DNA of 62,669 bases, counting the filler, from Sphacelaria rigidula (Eukaryota): NCBI GenBank assembly GCA_964200075.2. It is 4 parts of 4 records of this genome, joined end to end, with 100 filler letters (N's around TTAATTAATTAA, not from the genome) between each part and the next. Parts side by side here need not be neighbours in the genome. Positions count along the whole stretch, not along the records: positions 1 to 15,594 come from CAXNAA020001678.1; 3 more parts are not named here. The stretch is one strand, 5' to 3'. Of this stretch, positions 1 through 13,285 are shown in pieces (the first letter of the stretch is position 1; the number at the start of each line of letters is the position of its first letter). The notes beneath the pieces were generated by a model that did not search any database, was not told the DNA's origin, and saw only the letters and a list, made by a program, of their open reading frames with translations. Made by a program: the position numbers and the translations under genes.

Positions 1-40
1 GATGTTGTTTGCTCTGGGTGCGGCCGTGGTGTGGTTTGTC

Positions 41-103
41 CTCATTTGTTGCTTGCCTTAGTCATTTGACCATTGACCACGCATCCCTTTTGAGACGGAG
101 CAC
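41..103 (+). repeat. Short dispersed repeat (~65-75 bp), core CTCATTTGTTGCTTGCCTTAGTC...TGACCATTGACCACGCATCCCTTT.GAGACGGAGCAC
   Basis: Near-identical copies at 25685-25757 (-) and 26791-26861 (+); partial or variant copies at 25972-26045, 26195-26295, 45538-45572 and 62620-62669. Confidence 0.85.
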
Positions 104-334
104 CGTAACAAAGAGTGGGGGGTACCAGAAGTACCGACAAGGGGGTTCAAAGGGGTGTGCATGCCAAGGCAGGGTACAAAGACTTCAAGACTTGACTGTG
201 TCAAGCTTCCCGTGTTGGTGTAAGACGACGTGGAACACAGACCTCCCCCGATGGCTGCCGGCCCATCTCGTGCTGTGTGCAACCTGGCATCTTCATCCTA
301 TACTGCCGTGTGCGGCAGTACACAATACTGTGCT

Positions 335-923
335 TGATTTGATTGATTGATTGATTGATTGATTGTCGCACTTTAACTGACTCCCCAGGTAGTCATGATC
401 CAGCCGTGGTGTCATGATAGACGTACTGTACCCAACAAAAACGAAACTGAAACACGCTCCAAAAAAAAAAGGGGGTCGAACAGAATGACATAGCAGACTC
501 AGTCGTGACAAGAAAAAAGTAATGAAAAAGGCAACACAAGCAAAGCACAGAAAGAAATGGTCGACCTCAAACAAGAAAAAAGGAAAAGAAGAGGGAAGTA
601 CAAAGGAAATAAAATACAGTACACTAAAACGATGGGAAAAAAAAACGAAAACACAAAAAAATAAGGAAAAGGCCCAAGGGATTCAGGGCAGCAGAGTAGA
701 TACAGACACACACCAGTGGGTACCGCAGAGCCACCAACTAAGGACATACTCATCGACGCAGCAGCCTCTCGTTTGTGACGGCGGTCTGATTCTCGCTTGT
801 CCGCGCGTCGCCACGTGTCCTCAAACTCTTCCGCTCCCTTTTCGACTCCAATATGCCATTTGCCCAGGTCCTTCGCCGCAGTGACCCGATCGTATGCATC
901 GTTAACCTCTACACCGTAGACGA
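335..923 (-). mobile_element. 5'-truncated non-LTR retrotransposon (RTE-like LINE 3' end with (AATC)n tail)
   Basis: 770-920 aligns by eye with the LINE 3' region at 54327-54470. (GATT)n tail at 335-364. Flanked by the 8-bp direct repeat ACTGTGCT at 327-334 and 924-931. Confidence 0.8.
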
Positions 924-1490
924 ACTGTGCTGTATAGTACTATCTGTACTGCACTTCCTGGCATAATTATCAGTGCAGCCGTGGTATACTCGTGTCTGCA
1001 AACTGACATCCGCACTCTATACTGCCGCATTATGCGGCAGTATAGACAGTACTTCTGTACTGCCTAGTACTGTCTGTACTGCACCTTGTACACACCATGT
1101 TTAGTGCGGCCGCTGTGCACTACCCGGTGCAAACTGACATCCACGTGGCAGTACAAGCCTTGAGCTGTCTGTACTGCACCTTGTACGCACCATGTTTAGT
1201 GCGGCCGCTGTGCACTACCCGGTGCAAACTGACATCCACGTGGCAGTACAAGCCTTGAGCTGCCTGTACTGCACGTCGTCCAGATCTTTTCCAGTGCAGC
1301 TATTGTGAACTACTGGGTGCAAACTGACATCTGCATCCTACTGGTGAATGCAGCAGTACAGACAGGACAGTACTAGGTAGTACTGTCTGTGTTGCACGTT
1401 GTTCAAGTCATCTTCACTATAGCCGCTGTAATACTGTTGTGTGCAAGCTGAGACCATTTACTGCATGAGACAGCACATATAGTACTGTGC
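924..1490. repeat. Degenerate tandem repeat (~95-120 bp units) containing hairpins; continues the related sequence at 270-334
   Basis: Units 1070-1164 and 1165-1259 differ by one base. Recurrent CTGTACTGCAC and GTGCAAACTGACATC motifs. Perfect 15-bp-arm palindrome at 1016-1046. Confidence 0.85.
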
Positions 1491-2582
1491 TGTCGGTGCT
1501 GCAGGTTACCGACAGCACGGTCGATGCCAACAGATCAACCCCTGACGCAATCCCGGCGCACGCGGTGCCAAGTTTGTTCCAGCCTGTTGACGTCGCTGGG
1601 GATGCTCGACATTGCTGTCAGGAGGGCACCACAGACGACAAAGAACGCTCCCAGACATTTTCAGCGCTGGCGGGCGTTGCCAATCTCGCCGAGTCTTGGC
1701 CGAAAAATACGAGAGAAAAATAAAACTCGATATCGTCTCCATTTTTCAGAAAAATACGAGCCGGGAGCGCTCATCTCCTAAACTTTTCCTCGGCTTGCAT
1801 TTTTTCCCGGGAAGCTTGTGAAAATACGAACCGTATAAAGCCTTCATGTATTTTCTCTCGTACTGTTCGAAATACGTGAGGAAAATACCAACCATAAAAA
1901 ACGGTCTCAATACTAGTATTTTACCAAATTCTTCTGTAATACTTGAGCCTAAACTCCCTCCGTTTGCTCGAGACGAGCCCTCGAAGTCTCAAGCTGTCGA
2001 TCGACCCCTCGTTTCCCCTTTTGTTGTCCGACATTTTTTATTAATCGCGGATTGGAACAGCACTCCCGCGTCACGTTGCGTCGTGTTACGTCTCATCGAC
2101 TTATGTTTTGCTGCTGACGTCCTCAGCCTTTCAATGATGGAAATCAGGTTGTCAGCAACACCCGGGTCCGCTGGGTTTCGAGCCCGCCACCCTCCCTCCG
2201 ACGTGGTAAGCTACCAATATAGCAGCTAGACCATGGGCCGCGGCGGCAAATATTTGAAGGTGCTGATCCGACCCGCGATATCGGGTGGGAGGAGTGTTCA
2301 GGGGAAGAATGCATTGATCCCTTGAGGGACCGCGGACTCGTCCCCAAGAAATGGGGAGGGAATAGAAAGTGTGCCAAAAAAAAAAGGGAATGGAAAAGTG
2401 AAGGACAGGTACCTTCATCACGTTCACTGACCATCATATTCCCAGTCCAAGGGGTAAGAAAAAGTCACACATGTATGATGATGCAACAGTGCTGCTGCCA
2501 TTGTACCCGTACTTCACCTGCCGGAATGAATTGTCGTCTTCTTTCCTCGCCTCCTTCGCCTTCTTCATTTTGCTTGCCGCAG

Positions 2583-2661
2583 AGCTGAACGCTTGTTTTC
2601 CTCCGCTCGGCGACTTTCTGGCCTTTTTTGCACTGAACGACGCGCGTGGACAATATTGCAG
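2583..2661 (+). other. Candidate orphan internal exon (79 nt)
   Basis: Long pyrimidine tract ending GCCGCAG before 2583 and a CAG|GTGAGG donor after 2661. Two frames are open (LNACFPPLGDFLAFFALNDARGQYC or AERLFSSARRLSGLFCTERRAWTILQ). No partner exons identified. Confidence 0.35.
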
Positions 2662-3819
2662 GTGAGGGTGTCGGGAAGGTGTACTCATGAGCAGGAGCAC
2701 CCTACAGGGGGGGGGAGCAGATATGGACAGCTGCGCATGAGTGTCACGTCAATCTATTTTTGCTTAATATGAACAATGAGCGAGCAGACACCACCCAACC
2801 ACCTCAACAACTCATCACGGGTATATCAAATTTATATATATATATATATATACACACACAAGGTTCCACTTTGCGAGGTTAGAACGGGCCTCCCGTGGCT
2901 CAAGTCGAAAATATATGGTCAAGAGAGGCTATTGTATCTCGATGTACAGTAGTGATCGTGGCTGTACAAAACATCGCATGTGTTATCGGATGTCGTTCGG
3001 AAATACGGGAATTCGGACGGAGGCCGACGGCGGAACCAACGACAAAGGACATGTATGTGTGGCGTGTAGTAGTTGTCAATAGCTACCAGGAAGTGAAGAA
3101 ATGGAACCAAATTTCGAAGATTGGGCCTGGCTACGAAGATTTTAGTTCTCCGGGTTTCCCATCCTCAGTACGAAGTCCACCCCCACTTTGTAAAATCCCA
3201 TGTTTGATTGTTTTTGCGGCAACACACTCCTGTGCTGCCGTGCTGCTATGCCTTCTTCAACTCGCCGACGGCCCATTGCACCGTCTGGTGTTTGCTGCTG
3301 ACCCTGGCAAAGGAAATGTTCAATTGTTTTCAACTGATTTGCTCTCATGTTCTCGTGACATTGGCGGTATAACCGGTGTGATCGTGCTCCCAAATGAACG
3401 AGAACGCGACAAAGAGAAACACGGGGGAAAAATTCCCCGCCAACAGTAATCCTGTTTCAAGATTTCCATGTTCTTCCAACAGGCTTTTTTTGCGGTTCGG
3501 ATTCGGGTTCTTGTTTCAAGTTTTCCATTATCTTGAAAAACGCTTTGTGGTTCGGGATCGACACCCCGCGAAAAAAGGCCAGCCTAAGCAACTTTCGGTG
3601 GCGAGACCACGCGCCACAGGTATCAGATGACACCCAAACCTCAACGGTAAACTACCACTGAGCCTCTTGAGTGCGCTGCAACAGAAAGCGCGGGGGGAAA
3701 TGCCTTGCTGCCAGAGAAAACTCGGTAAAAGTGGTGAAAAATGTAAAATGATACATGTACATGTATACAAGAGTTTCGGCGGCTTCGACGCCACGATCAG
3801 TGGATCGACAGCCAAGATA

Positions 3820-5610
3820 CAAAAGCACCGGTGATAGCTGTGTGCGTTGCGTGATGGCAAATGTCATAGTTTGGAGAAGAAGCCGCAGCTGTTCACCATC
3901 TGGGCATGTGCGTGACAAAAAAATATTGAAAATGATGCCGATTGCAAAAATGAATATTTTTGCCCGTTTGTAGTCTTAAGAGGAACCAACCCTTCTCCAT
4001 CAAAGGTGACCCTTGGGAACTCATTGCCCCCGCAAGAACAAAAACACAGATCGAGCCGTAGCTGCTCATCACCTGAGCTGTGCGTGACCTGGCATAAATC
4101 TGTGGAGACTTCAATGAGAAATGACATGTGCGAGACGCGCGAGAACCGGTGACAGTTGCGTGCGTTGCGTTGCGGCACAGGTCATACTTCGGAGAAAAGT
4201 AGCTGCTCATCAGCTGAGCACGTTGTTTATCCGTTCAACCGCGAGGGTAGGTCATCTCGTCATGCGGTAATTTTTCAAGTAAAACTGATGCTGATTCCAC
4301 ACATGACCTATCCTCGCGTCAAACAGTTACGACCTCGCACAAATCTGGAGGCCTGATCACCAAACGGTCGGAAACAATGGTTGGTGATATGAATGGAGTG
4401 CTGAAAAAGATTGCATGTGCGGACGAGTAGTAGTAGCAGCTGTAGCAGCACAGAGTAGAAATGAAGCACAGGCGAGACTATGCGACATGGGGGCAAGGTC
4501 CCAAAGCGCTCGAGGTGTGCCAGTCTTGCCGCGAGAGTTTAGTGGAGAACGATGGCTCGCTGCCGCTCCGTACCTTCCCACTTCAACTTAACATGATGTC
4601 TACTCAATTTTCTACTGGAAATGATGCCGGTTCCACAAATGACCATCCATCACGGGATAACCTCGGAAACGTATCGCCACCGCAAAAACAAAGAACACAC
4701 AGCTCGAGCCGTAGCTGCTCATCACCTGATCATAATTCAATGAGAAATGATTATTTGTGTGAGACTCGCGCAAACAGGTGATAATTGCGTGCGTTGCGTA
4801 GTGGCATAGGCCACACTTCGGGGAAAACACCGTTGCTGCTCATCAGCTGAGCACGTTGAGGCAATTTTACTCCGCACAAACGAAGGGGGGAGGGGTTGTT
4901 GTTGTCCCATTCATTCTAGGCGCCGCTTTACACCTTCCGGTATATGTGGGCGCATCAGCCGGGGTCACACGGGAGGAAGGTCAACACAGGGGCTTTCTTC
5001 TTTTATATTTGTTTACAATACCCCACCTTTCTGCGGTGCTTGTCTTTATTTTTATCGCGAGAGGGGTTCAGCAGTCCCTTTCCCTCGTCGAGGGTCAGTC
5101 GAATTTTGTGTACCCACGACATAGTCGCTCTTCACTGTTGGCCATGGTGTGCTAAAAATTCCCAGATCGCTCCGAGAACTGAATTCACGACTCAACCATC
5201 AGAAGGTTTCCTGGTTACCAATTGAGCCATCGGGGCGACCGGCAGTGAAGGGGTAATAGCGAAAAATTGTATTCTAAAATCAGGTGAAGACTCACATTAA
5301 AAAATGATGCCAAAACAGGAAAAGAAAGTACAGCCCTGGCTGGAGACAGAAAACGCATCATATTTAGCCGTGCAGGAAACAGGCCTCGGCTACAGTACGG
5401 AAAAGTGGATTAAAGAGAGACGATTATTTGCGCACGAACCGGTTATAATTGAATGCGTTGCGCAGTGGCACAGGTCATACTTCGAAGAAACGCCATAGGT
5501 GCTCATCAGCTGTGCACGTTGTTTTCCTTCGGAGCTAGATCGCGAGGGTAGGTCATCTGGTCATCCAATAAATTATGAGTAGAACTGATGCTGATTCCAT
5601 AGACTATCCA
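3820..5610. repeat. Diverged tandem/dispersed repeat units (about 4 copies), probably the subterminal region of a DNA element
   Basis: Block (ACCGGTGA)...GTGCGTTGCG...CATACTTCGGAGAAA...GCTGCTCATCAGCTGAGCACGTTG recurs near 3830, 4145, 4775 and 5440. CGAGGGTAGGTCATCT occurs near 4243, 5543 and again at 51498. Confidence 0.7.
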
Positions 5611-8600
5611 TAGTCGCGGTCAAAGGGTTGCCATGCCGCGTAAATGTGTTCAGAGTTCAACGAGAAAGGGGAAGTACGGTCGAGACGAGGCGACCAGCGG
5701 GCAAGATCACAGCATGCTCGAGGTGTGCCCCGAGAAGTGAACGGAGAGCCACGACACACTGCCGATTCGCCCAGTTCAACCGATTCAACTGAGCATAATG
5801 CTGATTCAATTTTCAAGTGAAAACGATGCCGCTTCCACGAATGAATGTGGCCTGTGTGTGGTCGAGAGGTGGCATTTCGGACGGACAAGGGGTCCACCGA
5901 CACGCCGGCGAAGAAATCACGGTTAGGACAAATAAAATCGTGATTCAACTCATGTTCATCATTTCAACGAATAAATCATACGAGTCGTACATTATTTGTA
6001 ATTCATACAGGTTTCGAGCTTTGTGTGTCGTGCAGTACACTGTCAACGGTACCCGTTTCCTACCTCTAGGTCATGAGGGGTAGATCATGGACACATGTTG
6101 ACCCCTTGCAGAAAAATGTGGAATGGATCGATTGTACATGCCACCCACACTTACCATGAGGCGTGAATGGCATCTAACATCCATGTCATGCGTATGCTTC
6201 CGTGCGGGACGAAGAGTCGGCACGTCGGTGTATCCTCTCATGACATGGGCCTTGCATCAGTCGTACTTTTCTCCCGATCTGTATGCAGTTGAGATGACTG
6301 TACTGCATATGTTTTTCACCGTCGGGTGCATGCGCGACCAACAGTTGAATACAGGTTTGACTCCTGTCATGTCATGACGAGTAAAGTCGTATAAATCTTC
6401 ATTTGTCCTAACCGTGGAAGAAATGCATCAAACGGAACGCATCGTAACGTCAAAACACCGTGCAAAACACAGCGCGGAGAGCGTATGCACTCCGAAAGCA
6501 AGCAGAAGCGGAACGCACCGTAGTGTCCGGCGAAATGCAAGCGAAGAGGCTGATATGTATAATCAGCGGAAATTGTTCTCTAAATTCAAGTAGAGAAGAA
6601 ATGCTGGCTTCTCAGGGCTTCGTAAAACGAAATGGCCCTGAAAAATATGTACTCTGAAACTAAGTGAAGAAATACAACACTTCGACACCTGTCTGCAGGA
6701 ATGCCATTTGAGCCGAAAAGTAACTGATATAATCGTCATTTCTCGTCAGCAGGATGAATCTGGAGTAAACTAATACATCCATGAAATGAAATGAAACGAA
6801 TCGGAAGGAGCCTGGCAACATAATGAGATGGAAAGAGAGGTATGTAACAAATGAAAAAATGCTGCCCTCGTGATATGTGTGTTCTCTCGTTATATTCATC
6901 CTACGCTCGATATTTAATATATATTCATATTTACCCGCGTCCACGTTTCCCCCCGCTCCTGGGTGTACTAGCCGGGCTGGCCGCTCGCTTCTTCCCCACC
7001 CGCGCGCCCCCTCGCGTCCTCGGAGTAGCATCACTCTCCAAGTCTTTTCCTGCCTCCTCTTCGTCATCATCTTCATCATCACCAATACCCTCATCTTCAG
7101 CTGTCACATCCTCCTCTTTGTCGACGACTATCGGTCGACTTTCTTCCACGTCCACCTGTGCATCACCAAGCGTAGTAGAGATATCAGGGGAGAGGGACGT
7201 TCATCACGAGAGAGTGCGGACTCCAAGCACCTGAACTATCGTGCAACAATCATCTGGGGCAGAATATTCATCCCGAACATCAATCTGACATATTCATTTG
7301 GGATACCATATCCAGCTACAATTTGATGTAACAATCCATCTGAGATGGGATCGGACTGGGCGTCCTAGGTGGATATTCTATCCTAGTTGGGTGTCGATGG
7401 GGGGTATTGCGAGTTCACATGGACACCCCCCCCAAAAAAAGTGGAAGAGGACAAGCAAAACGCGGCCCGCTACTTAATTCATATGGCGCCCAAGGCCTTG
7501 TATTCGAAGAATACGTCCCAACAGTCCTGCGGACATCTAGATTATGGGATTCCTATGCGCTACAGGGCCGTTTATGCCCCTCGGGCGCTCGCGAGGTCAA
7601 ACTGAGGTGTAAGCCAGACAAGGCGAAGAGGTTCATAACATGGGAACCAAAACAGGAGCATATCACAAGAACCCGACACGCGGAGAACTTGCTTGTGCTC
7701 CGACGTTCGGAATAACCATTCGGATTCCGGTGCGCGGGAGATTTTGTTCAGGGTGTTCAAAGTACGGCAAAACCGCTGTAGGAGTGTCGGGGGGGGGGGG
7801 GGTCGTTTGTGCATAGCCTTGCATCCCCATTTCCAAAAAAACACGCCGGGTTCGGTCGTTGTGTTGGTTTAACGGCGAATGAAATGATGAAGGGCCGATT
7901 CTTCGCACGCCACGGTTGCCGTTGCTAGTGGTTTGGTTGGGTGCGCGCGCCGACAACATGAATTACATAGTGTCCTCGGGTAGTCTATTCTCGATCAGAG
8001 AAGAACGGAAGGGCCGTCTACGATGGTATTTGGGAATACAAACGCTAAATCTCGAGCACCTCCGTAATTTTCATCTTTCGAGGGCACAGCGTGGATCTGA
8101 GAAGCTCCGTCTCGTGCATGGGCGGTACGAGGCAAGTATGCGTCTGCCCCCGTTTTTTAAACGTACGGGCGCAGCACACATCCCCCCCACTTGATGTGCC
8201 TGAAGAAGTCCGATCGAAAACGGCGTTTCTGGCACGTTTTACCAATTCTGCATATCTGGTCCGAAATAGTATCTCTTACAGGCGAACAACGTAAGGATAC
8301 ACCTCTGCTAGTCCAATGCCACGTTTATAAATATTCCACGTTGGATCGATCTTCATGACTCGCGGTCAACTCTTCTTCCTCGAACATGGTGTGCATCCCT
8401 GCTCCGAGTCCAGCAACGCGCTCTCAACAGGCACCCATTTTCGGTCTCAGGAGACTGAAAACGGTGAGTAACTTCAATACCTGGATTTGGAGTATCAACA
8501 GCCTTAGAGGATGAGAGTGGTTACACAAGCTGGGGCCCAAATCACATACTCGCGAGGGAGTGGTTGGTGAAGTCACAGTAGTCTTCATTAGAGACAGGAC

Positions 8601-10189
8601 GGTGTGTGTAGAAATGTAAAAATGCGATGTACACTCAACTTCCGAGATATCTTCGCATGCTTTCGTGTGAAATAAACGTGGGTGGCAGCTTCTATCTTGA
8701 CATCTGCGATCAGTTTTGCAACAGTCACGTGACCCTCAATTTACGAAGGAACAAGAGCGAGGCCACTGAGCAACATGAAAACTTCAAACAGTTACCGACC
8801 TCCCCAAAAATGGCGATCGTGACAAATTGGGGCACGGCACAGTTTCCCGCTTGTATTCCTCCTCCTACTGAAGCAGGGAACATCACGACCAACTGTCCTG
8901 GCCGCTCTAGCATTACCCCACTGAGACGAGTCTAGCCCACTCTTCCGGGCCGCAAGGCTACGTGGATTCCGAAACGGTCACTTGCCACAACACCACAAGA
9001 TACATATACAAGGGTTTTGGCGGCTTACGCCGCCACTCTCAATAAATCGGCAGTGTGATAGGCGAAGGGCTGTTCACCAAATGGTCGAAAACTTTCGTTG
9101 GTATTGTAATTGGGGCGCCGCCAACCCTCACGCCAAGTCTAAACCTAACTCCGACCAAGGCATGACAGAATCTCCTTGGGCACGGGCGATGCAAAGGGTG
9201 CTCAAGACAAGGTATGCGTTGGCAGCGCTCAAAGCAGGGCCTGCGGCGCCGGTTCACGTTCTGGGCGAGCTAGGAGCACTTGGGACTGCCAGCTCCTTTA
9301 AATATCCGAACATCCATCTTCATTCCAAAATCACGTGAGAACGTTTGTTTCCGACCATTTGGTAACCTCTGTTGGGTATGCGACATTGTCCTGATGCAGA
9401 ACAGTACATCTTGATGAAATGCATCTAGCCACAGACACCTCAGCGTATAGTGTACAATTGTACGGTCCTGTATTTGCTGCAGTCTGTCGTTGCTGCGCCA
9501 CACACGCACCACCACGCGAACATTCACAAGGATATCTACGCGCACTGAGCAAACCTCGATCGCTTTGCTTCCCGAGAGGGTCGGCATCATTTTCCCGGGA
9601 GAGTGGGTATCATTTTTCACTATAAAAATAACTGAAAACGATTCCGATGGAACGAATGGACACCCCCTGCGGTCGAAGGGTCAACAATGTCACGGTCAAT
9701 GAGACACCCGGAGACAGGTGATGGGAATTGGAATCGCCGTAGCCGAGGAAGGTAGCCACCAGCCACGTCTAGTTTCTCAAAGAGCAGGGTGAAGCGAACA
9801 GAGAGACGCGCAACACGCATCGAATGGAACGCATCGCAACGTCAAAGGGTGAAGGTTTTCCTCTATGATCAATCTCTGGTGGGTTTTTTTCCGGCTCTCA
9901 AGTGGAAATGATGCCCATCAATTTTCATGTGAAAAATTATGCCAATTCCACAAATGGACGCCTCTGGTAGTCAAAGAGTAAAAAAAGTCACGCTGGATCC
10001 GAGACTGAGAGACAGATGTGTAGAATCCGGCCACGAGTGTTACCTAGGACAGGTACACAGACTTGATCGGGACAATCTGCAGTGGGCATATTTAAGGCTG
10101 GTTGATGAATCGCGGGTCTGCGGAACTTTTTGATGGACTCGGTACATTTTTTCCCTCATTTGTCTGGGATGCTGCTCTTCAGCATAGTC

Positions 10190-10900
10190 AACAGCTAGGG
10201 TAAATATGTGAATAACTTCAGCTGCTGAAGGCTACGAGCCCATCATGGGATGACAGGAGGCTTCGTCGCTGGCGTGCCCAGCTAGCCCGCAAAAAAACGC
10301 GGTGCAATTACTCCGTGCGTGTATCGGGAGGATCGCGCGAGGGCTGGTTCAAGGTTGGCTAGTCGCAGCCAAGAAGAGTTCGGGGATCACGTGGTGAGAA
10401 CTACGTGAGGAAAAGGCGTCGTGGTCGTCATATAGTGGCAAAGCGCGTCTTGGTGTACGGGGAGGAGTTGTTTCTGTGAGAAGTAGCAACGGTTTTCTAG
10501 GGGCACCATCAAGGGGTTGCGTTGTGTTTGCATATGATGTACCCATGCGGTGGTGGCTCGGCGCTTGGTGAGAAACGTCGGGGTAGCAACAAAGCTTGTT
10601 TGACTGCGCACGGTGACGAGGTACAAAAGTATGTCATCATTGATGTCTATTTCGTCCCTGTGCGGGTGCCTGATATGCCATATCAAGGCCGCGTGTTCTC
10701 GAGTGAGAAACCCGACGAGTTTTCACCACGGCATGAGGTTCATGTGCACGAAGAACACGGGGTGAACGCGCGTGGAATAGACTTGTACGTTTTTGACATG
10801 CCAGCGGTTCCAGATCTCATGCCCGTACATATCGAGAGAGATGTACATATAACTGCTATTCGCATTGCGCAAGCATGCGTCTTACACGAGCAACATGCTC
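10190..10900 (-). pseudogene. Decayed protein-coding sequence of unknown family
   Basis: One minus frame reads for about 230 codons with only a few stops (NSSYMYISLDMYGHEIWNRWHVKNVQVYSTRVHPVFFVHMNLMPW*KLVGFLTREHAALIWHIRHPHRDEIDINDDILLYLVTVRSQ...). Third positions look C/G-rich by eye. Confidence 0.35.
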
Positions 10901-13084
10901 ACAGAACGTCGAAACAGGAGCCATTTTCGGCTTAACTGCTGGGTGCGGGGATTGCAGTGGCGGTCGGGATATTGGTCGTTCCGGGAGGCGCACGCCGGGC
11001 GCGGGTGTGAAGCAACGACGCCGGGTAGCTGCTTGTACTGTGAAGGGCGAGCCACGCAGTATGTGTTAGTCCGAGGAGACAGGCAGGAGAACGCTGGAGA
11101 CAGCAAAGCTGCCGCTTTGCCGTCGAGGAGCGAGCCGGGTAGGGGGTGGCGGCTGAAGCGAGTATGATTCATCTGATGCTGCCGCCGCTGATGGAGAAAG
11201 GGAAGAGCCTACGTGGCCCGATGAGCAAGGGCTGAGAGGCGAAATTTTCAGTTGCTTGTCGCCGCTGGAGCAGCGAGCAGCTGAGGACATGCCTTGCGCG
11301 CTGGGAGATGCGAGGAAGTGTTACTGCGTGATGTGAGCGAGCAGCGCAAGCTTCGGGCTTGCCATGCTCATGGCGACTCTATTTTCTCCAGTGGTAAGGT
11401 GGGAGATTGTTGAGATGATTCGCAGGGTTGTCTGCTTTGATCAGAATGGATGCAGGTTCGGCAGACGTGAATTCGCTGGAGCCATCGACGGCTAGCGTGT
11501 AGCGAGGTACATACCACGCATGCTTGAAGCTGCAGGGGAGTGATCCGCGTTAAGCGAGTAGGCACAGCACGTGTCAGACTTGTGGTGCAATTGGCGATCA
11601 TAATTGCCACGGCGACCTCAAGCATGGCGTGGTATTGACGTTATCGCATGACTCATGTTTCATTGACAGCTTTGGCGCGCTTGGCGGTGATGACGGAGAC
11701 GTCTCTGCTGCTGCGTCGTGGGATAGTTGAGGAATAAGGGGGGCATTAGGAATTGTTCATGTGCGGTGCTGTGTGGGTATTCCCGCGTCGCGTCTCGTCC
11801 CCTCGGCAGAGATATTCTGTGCTGCGCAAGTATCTGTGGGGGCACATGATATGTCGCATTGGTTTGGCGATGCGGGCATGCCGCTTTGTGGCGAGCTGGG
11901 CGGCGCTGTGGAGGTGCAAGCTGTAGCTATACTTTTGATGCGTTGAGCGAGTGTTCTAGTGGAAACCGTGCTCTACGGTGCACAGGAGGCTGTGTTTCGA
12001 GTGCTGCTGTTCCTCAGGAGCGGGTTGAAGAACGGCAGGGAAGGTATAACCTGAGCTGCTTGCTGTTGGGGCGTGCGCGGGTTAGGTAATGTTAGGGAGC
12101 AAGTGCTTGTGTGATTGAGTGCTTGTTAGGGATGACGTAACACATGATGACTGGTACTTGCGAACCATGTTTGAAGATGATTGCAGCCTGCGGTGTGGTT
12201 TGCAGTCATGTTAGCGCTGCTGCTTGCACATGACGCATGATGTTCAAGCGACTACTATTGGATTGCGTGTGTTGGGTGGAATGCTGCCGTACATGTGGAT
12301 GTTTGAGATCTGTGTACTGTACTGCTCTGGTTAGCACGCACGATGAACGATGCCTTCCGCGAGAAAAGTCATCAATGCATGTGCGAGGTGGAATGTCGAC
12401 ATCCACATATGGACGTTTCGCTACCACACGTTACTGGTACACACGTTGCTGATGTGCATGAGGTCTGGCGAAGAGTCAGGGTGCGCCAGTGTCCAATACG
12501 CTTCTGTACGCTGGACGAGGTGGAGCTCAGATCATGGGGTGTATTTTTCGGCTCAAATTGCATGGAACCCCAGCCTCCCGTGTAACGGAGGCACCCTTAT
12601 TGCATATTGATTGTACTAATCTGTCAACAGACATACAAATATCTGGGGTCCTGGGACCGCTGTGGAGGGTGGTGCTGCTGTATTGATTGCTGATAACCAT
12701 TCGACCGCCGCAGTGGGCCATCTTGGTCTCGTGTTCATATTCCGAGTGACGATGACACCGATTCAGCAGATAGATCGCCCATCCTGGCCTCAAGATTGGA
12801 TTTCTGACCGCCCCGGTGGGTTATCGCCTGAATCGGCTTCATCTTCATTTCATTTGAAACAGAATTTGTGCGTCTCCAGTACGGACAAAACAAACGGTAC
12901 ATACGATATATGATCTGATTCTGCTGTAAAAAAAACACCCCGATCGTGGTGTCGATTCCGAGGAACAGTTATATCACATGAATCCAAACGGAAAAGTCTT
13001 TGGGCGGAAAAAATGGCATGCACCACAGTGCCGGAGAACATCAAGGCCTGCGGTCGACGCCGCTGCGCTCAGCAAAAGCGATCT

Positions 13085-13285
13085 TAGGGCGTGTCTTGGC
13101 ACTTTAGTTCTCGACCGAAAATGTGCGATGGAAACGGAGAAATCTGATCGGATAGGTCGTCATTTCAACTATGGTATCAATAGTTTATCTTGAAGATGGT
13201 TGAAATCACGTCTCATCAGATCAGAGTATTGGTTTTCCACCGCACTTTTTCGATCGAAAAATGATGTACTGAGACACGGCCTTGG
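13085..13285. mobile_element. Fold-back MITE (PIF/Harbinger Tourist-like ends)
   Basis: About 100-bp imperfect inverted arms, GGGCGTGTCTTGGCAC ... GTACTGAGACACGGCC. Related to 34165-34298 and 59397-59678. Confidence 0.7.

Noticed and set aside
522-884. Lys-rich ORF, and Phe/Leu-rich ORFs at 24101-24484 and 44976-45239
   Set aside because: Low-complexity A-rich or T-rich retroposon 3'-UTR and microsatellite sequence.
8725-8913. JmjC demethylase gene call
   Set aside because: Only a short motif resemblance, no catalytic His/Glu residues, and stops in the flanking frame; kept only as a hint inside the contig 1 finding.
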